Shown: piece after piece, positions 25,218-32,000 of the stretch
How positions within the stretch are numbered: the first letter of the stretch is position 1
Layout: each line of letters begins with the position of its first letter
Notes under the pieces: model-generated
What the model was told of the DNA's origin: nothing
What the model saw: only the letters and a program-made list of their open reading frames with translations
Databases searched by the model: none
NCBI RefSeq assembly: GCF_002803295.2
Contig: NZ_PGGB02000015.1
Coordinates: 60-32,059, forward strand
Direction of reading: 5' to 3'
DNA from: Caedibacter taeniospiralis
GTDB lineage: Bacteria; Pseudomonadota; Gammaproteobacteria; Francisellales; Francisellaceae
DNA: 32,000 nucleotides
Program-made: the position numbers and the translations under genes

Positions 25218-25994
25218 TTATAAAAGCTTCTGCTGCTCCCATAGTGCATCTAATTCATCGGCATTAGCATCAAGCATGCTGCGATTCTGCTGTTTTAGCG
25301 CGCCTTCAATACCTCGAAAGCGTGTGGAGAACTTATGATTAGCCTGGCGCATTAATGCCTCTGGGTCAGCTTTTAAGTGCCTGGCAAGGTTCACACAGGT
25401 AAATAATAAATCCCCCAACTCCTCTTCGGCTTTCTTCTGATCACAAAGTAACACTTCTTTGAGCTCTTCTACTTCACTCTCAAGCCTGGCAAAAACATCT
25501 TCAATGCTGTGCCAATCAAAGCCGACACTCGCAGCCCTTGTTTGCATTTTCTTGGCTACTAGCATTGCAGGCATATTCAACGCAATCCCATCTAACTCGC
25601 TTTGACCCCTGCCACGTTCTTTGCGTTTAATCTCCAGCCATTCTTTCTCTAATGCTGCAACCTCTTTGATCTGCCCCGCTGCAAAGACATTGGGATGGCG
25701 AGCGATAAGCTTTTTCGTCAACGCATCAACAATATCATCAAAATCAAATAGCCCTTCCTCTTTAGCAATTTGCGCATAAAAAACAATTTGATTTAATAAA
25801 TCTGCCAGTTCATATTTAACGAAATCTGTGGTGTGATGTTCGATGGCATCGACAAGCTCATATGCCTCTTCAATTGTGTACTCGGTTAAGGTGCGCCAGG
25901 TCTGCTCAATTGTCCAGGCACAACCCTTATCCTTATCGCGCATCGTTGCCATCACATGCAGAAGATCACTCAATTGATATTGCTTAGAAGACAT
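25218..25994 (-). CDS. mazG: Nucleoside triphosphate pyrophosphohydrolase MazG
   Basis: LLHVMATMRDKDKGCAWTIEQTWRTLTEYTIEEAYELVDAI...YELADLLNQIVFYAQIAKEEGLFDFDDIVDALTKKLIARHPNVF; second domain EEELGDLLFTCVNLARHL. Confidence 0.96.
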   Translation of the reverse strand: MSSKQYQLSDLLHVMATMRDKDKGCAWTIEQTWRTLTEYTIEEAYELVDAIEHHTTDFVKYELADLLNQIVFYAQIAKEEGLFDFDDIVDALTKKLIARHPNVFAAGQIKEVAALEKEWLEIKRKERGRGQSELDGIALNMPAMLVAKKMQTRAASVGFDWHSIEDVFARLESEVEELKEVLLCDQKKAEEELGDLLFTCVNLARHLKADPEALMRQANHKFSTRFRGIEGALKQQNRSMLDANADELDALWEQQKLL

Positions 25995-26760
25995 CTTTAC
26001 GCGCCCTTAATTCACAAAAAGCAGTTCTGGCATCAATGATCTGTTCATTGCTTTGCCTCAAAATCCGCCTTAACCTTGACTCTCCTGCGCGAAAGAAAAT
26101 ATTCATTTCTCTTTCATCCCCCAAAGTTGTAATGGGTTTATCCTCTGGTACAACACCACTGACTTGATTTGACCATTTTTTATAGGTCAAATCCTCAGAA
26201 TCAATGCTTTGGGCGAAGGCCAAATTACCCTCAAAGTAATCATGCGCTGGATAAAGCTTTGTTTCAGCGGGAAGTTTTTTGAGTTTTTCGATACTCTCAT
26301 AGAGCATTTTCACATCTGCCGTCACATCCTTAACATTACCCACGCCTGCAGTAAAAATGGTATCACCACAAAAAAGCAGCTCCTCCATCGGAAAATAAAA
26401 GCTAACATGCGAGGCAATGTGTCCAGGACAGGGAATTACCTGACACAAAGTCGTTGCAAATAAAATCCTCATTTCCTCGCTAACGATGTAATCAACCTTA
26501 CCCCCGCGGTATTCTATAAAATTGCCATAGACAGGAATAGCGTATTTACCTTTCAAGCATGCAGCCGCAGCAACGTGATCATGGTGATTATGTGTCAATA
26601 AAATGGCTTCTGGCTGGATGCCGTTTTCTGTTAAAAAACTTTCATAATGCGTTGACAACGTTGGGTCGACAATGAGTCCCGTTTTTTTCCAGCTATTGAC
26701 GATTAAATAATTATAATTGCGTAAGGGATTATTTAGGTACCATCGCTTAACATATATCAT
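25984..26760 (-). CDS. Metallo-beta-lactamase-fold hydrolase, glyoxalase II-like
   Basis: LLTHNHHDHVAAAACLKGK...CPGHIASHVSFYF...LFCGDTIFTAGVG...YPAHDYFEGNLAFA. Confidence 0.88.
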   Translation of the reverse strand: MIYVKRWYLNNPLRNYNYLIVNSWKKTGLIVDPTLSTHYESFLTENGIQPEAILLTHNHHDHVAAAACLKGKYAIPVYGNFIEYRGGKVDYIVSEEMRILFATTLCQVIPCPGHIASHVSFYFPMEELLFCGDTIFTAGVGNVKDVTADVKMLYESIEKLKKLPAETKLYPAHDYFEGNLAFAQSIDSEDLTYKKWSNQVSGVVPEDKPITTLGDEREMNIFFRAGESRLRRILRQSNEQIIDARTAFCELRARKDVF

Positions 26761-27929
26761 TGCGACTCCAACAATAACTTTTCAAATTCATGCTGCAATT
26801 TCTGTCCCTCATGCGCTCTTGATTGATACTCTGCCAGCTTCGATTTTAACAGCATGAGTTTTGCCTGATCAATTTTTTTCAACTCATTGTGGTGAACCAC
26901 GTGGAGATTGCTCTCAATAAAACTCAAATCGTTATGTAACAAAGCATGTGTCATAACCAGAAGATTTAGTGCCTGATCCTCATGTGTCTTTTCTTTTAAC
27001 CAGCAAGACTTGATAAATTCATCAGTGACTTCATCCTTGCCAAGCTCAAGATACAGTAAACTCAATTCATATTGGAGTGAGCTTACGAGTCGTTTTTGCA
27101 TTCTTTCTCTCAATTCATCTTGTGAGATCAAGCCAGAAAGGCGCTTAAAGTAACAATATTCCACCCGAGCTGATACTGCGTAAGACCGAGGTAAGCCAAG
27201 CCAAATTTCATTCAGATCGCGCAATGAGACAACCTGCTGCAGCAAAGCATAAAAATAGTCATCTAACGAGGCTTGAGATAATATTCTTTGGTACTTTACA
27301 ATGCTGTTCTTAGCACCAATACACTCTTTTTGCCTTATCTGGCTATTGATCAAAGCATCAACGATTTCAAGACTATTGGGCTCCTCTTTTACGAGTGTTT
27401 GCAGCAAAGACAACGCTGCACTAAAAGCCCCTGCTTTATAAAAAATCATCGCCTGGTAATAGCGCCAGATAAATCGATCTTTAACATCTTCCTTGACTGA
27501 TTGCAGAATACTTTGCAGCTCCTGGCACTTACCCTGTACCAATAGACTCTGCCAATAAAGTACCGTCAAACCATCGCCAATAACAGGCAATGAAACCTGA
27601 GCTTGAGCCCTGTGCTTTTCCAAACCGATATAGTCCCTGATAAAATAGCTCTTTTGTCTATTGATCAGCTGCTGAATAAGCTTCTGACACTTACGCTTAT
27701 GTAAGCCCTGCCACCATTGCGCAGGGCTTAGCAAAACAAGCTTCAGTACATGATACAAAAGACCTGACACTAGAAAAAAAACAACTATGAGCACCACAAA
27801 AAGCCATAAAGGCAGCTTAACAAGTGTATCATCAACAAAGAATGCCACTACGCCTGGGTGAGATAAAACCCATAAGCTGCCCAATACTGCCAGGGCACAA
27901 ACCAGACCTAAGCCTATTGCCTTTTTCAT
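26757..27929 (-). CDS. hemY: HemY family protein
   Basis: N-terminal two-TM region, TPR-like body; adjacent to hemX and hemD with overlapping ORFs. Confidence 0.85.
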   Translation of the reverse strand: MKKAIGLGLVCALAVLGSLWVLSHPGVVAFFVDDTLVKLPLWLFVVLIVVFFLVSGLLYHVLKLVLLSPAQWWQGLHKRKCQKLIQQLINRQKSYFIRDYIGLEKHRAQAQVSLPVIGDGLTVLYWQSLLVQGKCQELQSILQSVKEDVKDRFIWRYYQAMIFYKAGAFSAALSLLQTLVKEEPNSLEIVDALINSQIRQKECIGAKNSIVKYQRILSQASLDDYFYALLQQVVSLRDLNEIWLGLPRSYAVSARVEYCYFKRLSGLISQDELRERMQKRLVSSLQYELSLLYLELGKDEVTDEFIKSCWLKEKTHEDQALNLLVMTHALLHNDLSFIESNLHVVHHNELKKIDQAKLMLLKSKLAEYQSRAHEGQKLQHEFEKLLLESQ

Positions 27930-29137
27930 ATTGAGTCACCCTTCGATGGTGACTCTGGTAATGTCTCGCCAACCTTTTTATCCACCAATAATGAAGAGAT
28001 GAGTCTGTCAACACCTTGCTCTATTTGGGCCATCGGAACCTCGTTTACCGCTGAAATAAGATTGATGACTTTCTTTGCATTGTCATCGGCAACAAAATAC
28101 TGCTCCACTGTTTTGATCAAAGCTTGCTTCAGCGTTGCTATCATCTTGGTATTATTATTTATAACACCCAGTTTTAGCTGCCACAATAAATTATAGAGAC
28201 TTGACAATAGCTTGATGTGCCCATCTTGTGCCAATAACACTCGGTCTTGAGGTGCTATTTTCTGCACTTGTATAAGCGATTTCATTTGCTGCCACGACTG
28301 TGCTAAGGCATCGCGCCAACCTGTTTCATCGGATTTATATGTGCTTGTTATTCGATGATCTCTTTCATCGCTTATTGTGCTAAGTGGTGGCAAAATTTTC
28401 AGATCCAATAAGCCTTCCTGCACAGCATTAATGCGTAAAAAGTTTTCTTCAACACTTGGCAGATTTTTTATTTGCACAATAAGTGAATCCATTTCAGGCA
28501 TCCACTTCCCTGCCTGATCAACATTCATTAACATGGTTTTTGCTTGATTGAGAAACAGTAGCGTTTGTGTTTTACTGCCTAAAACCTGCCAGGCCTGTTT
28601 GCTAAAATTGAGATTTAAAACAACTGCCTGCTTATACATCTGCTGCATTTGTTGGCTTAGCGTAGAGCTTGGCAGCAAATAACTTTGTTGCACTTGGGCA
28701 AGCTTTTGCTCCAGTTGAGCCTGGCTCAGATTATTCGCATCTAATGCCTCTTTTAGTGCGCTTTGCTGCTTAGTTTGATTACCCTCCAGAGTGCCTAGCG
28801 CTTTTCGCTGCCGTTCTAGCTCCTGTGACTGAGCATCAACCGTATTTTGTAGTGCATTGATCTTAAGAACATCTTTCTCCACAGGCTTTTCTGCCCTCAT
28901 TATTGCCGCCTGTTGCAAAGCCTCGTTATAACCCTGCTGTTTGTATAAAGCAAACAGGCTTGCACCTAAACCCGCAATCGCAAAAACAGCGACCAAAATA
29001 AATATAGCAACATAGCCGCGCCAACCTCCAGATCCAGAGAAAGACTTGTTCGCTGACGCACTTCGAGTCTCAGGGGGGATTTCCAAGGTGTGCGTTAAGC
29101 TCATTTTTTCATCGGCTCTATTTATTTTCTCTGACAT
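27926..29137 (-). CDS. hemX: HemX family protein (uroporphyrinogen-III C-methyltransferase-like annotation)
   Basis: Single N-terminal TM, long coiled coil, and WRDALAQSWQQMKSLIQVQ / LRINAVQEGLLDLK-like HemX pattern; context. Confidence 0.87.
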   Translation of the reverse strand: MSEKINRADEKMSLTHTLEIPPETRSASANKSFSGSGGWRGYVAIFILVAVFAIAGLGASLFALYKQQGYNEALQQAAIMRAEKPVEKDVLKINALQNTVDAQSQELERQRKALGTLEGNQTKQQSALKEALDANNLSQAQLEQKLAQVQQSYLLPSSTLSQQMQQMYKQAVVLNLNFSKQAWQVLGSKTQTLLFLNQAKTMLMNVDQAGKWMPEMDSLIVQIKNLPSVEENFLRINAVQEGLLDLKILPPLSTISDERDHRITSTYKSDETGWRDALAQSWQQMKSLIQVQKIAPQDRVLLAQDGHIKLLSSLYNLLWQLKLGVINNNTKMIATLKQALIKTVEQYFVADDNAKKVINLISAVNEVPMAQIEQGVDRLISSLLVDKKVGETLPESPSKGDSI

Positions 29138-29945
29138 AAGGCGGATCCTCTTGTTGCAGCTTTATGATCTCTACGATGAGCTCTTCATGGGTTAAATTCG
29201 CTAGATTGTATAATCTAACAAAACCCTCGCGTTTCGCCCAGTCTAACATTCGGCTATTTGTAACGGTAGCAATGCACAACTTACGCCACAGTGGGTATTC
29301 TTCAAACACCCCCATGCTTGCCTTAAGCGCTTCAAAACTGGTGTAAAGCAGAATTTTTGGTGTGTTTTCTTGCCAATTGATACGTAGTAATGGCTCAAGG
29401 ATAAGTGCTTTAGCGCGACAAACGCGACGATAGCAATCAATAATGTTGAGCTTATGCGCTTTTTCATTGAGCACCTCTCTTAGCAGCTCACGTCCTGATT
29501 CACCCTTCACCAACAAAAAACTTCTATTACTAAGACTTCTCATATCTTGTTGTTGTAGTTCAGCCAGTAAGTGTTCAGAGTCAGCCTTTATGGGGGACAA
29601 CGCATGAATGCCGAAGTTAAGCAATGCTTTTGCAGTTCCACGCCCGATTGCCCATACATTCCTATGAGCTAATTGATGCGCATCTATAGCTTGACAAAAA
29701 AATGCGCTAACGGCAAACGTACTGGTAAAAATAATATCATCAAAGCCTGTGATATCAGGCATATCAAAATCCAGGGAGATCACTTCAAAAGGCACAACCG
29801 CGATGGCAGAAATACCGTGCTTAGCTAAGCCATTAACCAACACCGAGGCTTTAGGTTCAGGTCGAAAAACAATGACCTCAGGCACTGACATCGACATACT
29901 TTTGTGCCGTGGTGTAAATGTAGTTAAGCATTGCATGTAAGCCAT
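29118..29945 (-). CDS. hemD: Uroporphyrinogen-III synthase
   Basis: FDDIIFTSTFAVSAFF, AIGRGTAKALLNFGI, LLVKGESGRELLREVL, YRRVCRAKA, ILLYTSFEALKA; position next to hemX. The actual start may be 29897 or 29891. Confidence 0.88.
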   Translation of the reverse strand: MAYMQCLTTFTPRHKSMSMSVPEVIVFRPEPKASVLVNGLAKHGISAIAVVPFEVISLDFDMPDITGFDDIIFTSTFAVSAFFCQAIDAHQLAHRNVWAIGRGTAKALLNFGIHALSPIKADSEHLLAELQQQDMRSLSNRSFLLVKGESGRELLREVLNEKAHKLNIIDCYRRVCRAKALILEPLLRINWQENTPKILLYTSFEALKASMGVFEEYPLWRKLCIATVTNSRMLDWAKREGFVRLYNLANLTHEELIVEIIKLQQEDPPYVRENK

Positions 29946-30312
29946 TGTTTCTTGTTGCGCTTAAATGTTTTGCCAAACCAATCTCAGTCATAAAATCAGT
30001 ATTTGACTCTGTAATTTCTTTAGCTGTCGCATCACTATAAACCTTAAGCAACAAACCAATTAACCCAGAAACAATAGCCGCATCGCTAACTCCACAAAAA
30101 CTTAACCTGCCATCGCTTAAAGTTGCATCAAACCAGACTTGAGACTGACATCCTTTGACCATGTGTGCTGCATCTTTTTTGCTCTTAGGAAATGGAGCCA
30201 AGCTCTTACCCAAACTAATCAAATAAGCATACTTATCACTCCAGTCATCAAAAAAGTTAAAATCCTTAACAATAGCTTCCTGTCGGTCTTTTATCGCCAT
30301 ACCCTCACTCAT
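29878..30312 (-). CDS. sufE: SufE-family cysteine desulfuration protein
   Basis: DWSDKYAYLISLGKSLAPFP...MVKGCQSQVWFDA...SDAAIVSGLIGLLLKVYS...IGLAKHLSATRNNGLHAML. Confidence 0.94.
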   Translation of the reverse strand: MSEGMAIKDRQEAIVKDFNFFDDWSDKYAYLISLGKSLAPFPKSKKDAAHMVKGCQSQVWFDATLSDGRLSFCGVSDAAIVSGLIGLLLKVYSDATAKEITESNTDFMTEIGLAKHLSATRNNGLHAMLNYIYTTAQKYVDVSA

Positions 30313-30848
30313 TAATACTCTTTAATTTTTTTCTCTAATAGTGCAACAAATACCAAAATCAATGCGGAGATGAGAAAAGTCAGATGTAAGACAACATACC
30401 ACAAGAGCTCACGGTTAGATAACTGCGGAATATCTAAAAACTGCTTAAGTAACGAGATCGACGAAATAGCAACAATTGAACCTGCAATCTTCAGCTTGAC
30501 TCCCGTGTGAGACAGGCGTTTGATCCAAATTGGTTCACCTGATTTGTGCTCCACATCTATTTTAGAAACAAAGTTCTCATAGCCGCTGATAATAACGATC
30601 ACAATTAAATTGGCAACAAGCACGGTATCGCAAAGTGTGAGTCCCAAAACAATCAGCTCATGTGGTTTAAGAACCATGAGGCTTGCAAATAAATGCAAAA
30701 CCTCATTTGCCATCTGATAAACAAAAGCAAGCAACACCAGCACCAAAATAATATAAATAGGTGCCTGAATCCAGCGACTGGCGAAAACAATTCGTTCAAG
30801 CAAGACCTCAATGTAGCTCAGCGCGCTACTCTCTTTTTTGTTAGACAT
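30312..30848 (-). CDS. UPF0114 / YqhA family inner membrane protein
   Basis: ERIVFASRWIQAPIYIILVLVLLAFVYQ...ELIVLGLTLCDTVLVANLIVIVIISGYENFVSKID...KLKIAGSIVAISSISLLK. Confidence 0.92.
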   Translation of the reverse strand: MSNKKESSALSYIEVLLERIVFASRWIQAPIYIILVLVLLAFVYQMANEVLHLFASLMVLKPHELIVLGLTLCDTVLVANLIVIVIISGYENFVSKIDVEHKSGEPIWIKRLSHTGVKLKIAGSIVAISSISLLKQFLDIPQLSNRELLWYVVLHLTFLISALILVFVALLEKKIKEY

Positions 30849-30862
30849 TTTATTTAGCTACC

Positions 30863-32000
30863 CTAGATTACGCTACTACTCTGCGTTGAAGCTGTTTCTG
30901 GCGTAAGCCACTTATTAATAGCATCAATGTCCTTATACACTAAAGCTCCCGCCGTATTTTTGAGCCCCAACAAATCATTAATGTAGGCATATTTTGCTTT
31001 TGCATATTGTTGTTGCGCCTGGAAAAGCTGCTGCTGTTGTTGTAGTAGATCAACAATCGTATGCGTTCCAACTTCATAGCCAGCTTTCATCGCTTGAACC
31101 GATGCTTCTGCCGCAATCACTGCCTGTTTATATGCTTCCACCTGAGCAATATCAGATAACACCGTTAGATACGCCGTTTTTAATTGACTTTCTGTTGTAC
31201 GTTCTGCCTCCAGTAATGTGTACTTGGAAGCCTCCGCAGTATATTGCTGCTGTTTTAATGAAGCATAATCACTGCCTCCATTGACTAAATTCCAGCTCAC
31301 TCCCACACCCGCAGAAGCACTGGTGCTGCCTGAGGTGTAATTGGTATTTTGATAATTTAGACCTCTTGATGCTGTTGCTGTTAGTGTTGCAGCAGGCAGG
31401 AAGTTACCCCATAAACCACTGACCCCTGCTTTCGCTGCATCGACCAGGAATTGATTTTGGATAATCGTATTATTTTGCTTTAAAGCGATCTCCATCCACT
31501 TGTCCATATTATCTGGATCAGGTTTATCAAACGGAAACTTATCACTTAAATTTTCAATCGAGGTCACTGGCTGCCCAACAATTTGACTAAGTCTGGCATA
31601 CGAAGTTGCCAAATCATTTTTAGCTTGAACGGTTGCAGCTACTGCCTTTTCATAGTCCGCTTTAATTGCCTGCACATCAGTGATCGCTGAAAGACCAACT
31701 TTGTATTTCTCTTGCGTTTGACTCAATAACTCCTTATTCCAGGATTGATTAGCTTCAGCATAAGCTAAATTATCCTGTGCCTGTAAAACTGCGAAATAGG
31801 CACTTGCCACATCTGTAATCAAACTCGCCTGAGCAATAACAAAAGTAATCGCATCAGTCTTTGCCTGGAAACTAGCGTAGTTATACCCACCCCATGCGCC
31901 CCAGTTAAACAGCGCCTGTGTAGCGGTAACGCTCGGTGTTTGCGTGAAATACTTTGATTTTTTCCCAGTTGATTCATCCACTGTTGAACTATAGCTTTCT
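30863..32000 (-). CDS. tolC: TolC-family outer membrane efflux protein, N-terminus cut by window edge
   Basis: LISQAKTDAITFVIAQASL...VLQAQDNLAYAEANQSWNKELLSQTQEKYKVGLSAITDVQAIKADYEKAVA...YEVGTHTIVDLLQQQQQLFQAQQQYAKAKYAYINDLLGLK. The frame stays open to position 32000 (ESYSST before VDESTG). Confidence 0.93.
   Translation of the reverse strand, partial: ESYSSTVDESTGKKSKYFTQTPSVTATQALFNWGAWGGYNYASFQAKTDAITFVIAQASLITDVASAYFAVLQAQDNLAYAEANQSWNKELLSQTQEKYKVGLSAITDVQAIKADYEKAVAATVQAKNDLATSYARLSQIVGQPVTSIENLSDKFPFDKPDPDNMDKWMEIALKQNNTIIQNQFLVDAAKAGVSGLWGNFLPAATLTATASRGLNYQNTNYTSGSTSASAGVGVSWNLVNGGSDYASLKQQQYTAEASKYTLLEAERTTESQLKTAYLTVLSDIAQVEAYKQAVIAAEASVQAMKAGYEVGTHTIVDLLQQQQQLFQAQQQYAKAKYAYINDLLGLKNTAGALVYKDIDAINKWLTPETASTQSSSVI

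Noticed and set aside
1-32000. CRISPR array, tRNA genes, integrase/prophage or biosynthetic cluster
   Set aside because: I looked for regular direct repeats, tRNA T-loop signatures, and phage or recombinase motifs and saw none; gene content is housekeeping.

Overview
Ordinary gammaproteobacterial housekeeping chromosome (possibly Legionellales-like; taxonomy is weak inference). On the minus strand, left to right: queA (partial), rpmA, rplU, a VOC protein, a RhlE-type DEAD-box helicase, ribH, ribBA, ribE and ribD behind an FMN riboswitch. These are followed by relA, RNase P RNA (rnpB), a KfrA_N-like protein, an aromatic amino acid permease, tsaD and a LapA-domain protein. After the plus-strand block rne / SLR protein / ffh, the minus strand resumes with a metC-like gene, tex, hemB, yhbY, mazG, an MBL hydrolase, hemY, hemX, hemD, sufE, a YqhA-family protein and tolC (partial). 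A decayed AAA-ATPase/PD-(D/E)XK gene lies between the riboswitch and relA. I found no defence system, CRISPR array, prophage or convincing new multi-gene system. The items most worth checking are small-scale. They are an rnpB gene with a perfect 16-bp expanded P3-position helix, whose promoter -10 box overlaps the stop codon of the upstream gene; two families of palindromic intergenic repeats, one with compensatory changes and nested in another repeat; a likely SD-sequestering hairpin for the FMN riboswitch; and a tightly overlapping tolC-yqhA-sufE-hemDXY-MBL-mazG cluster that lacks hemC in its usual place.
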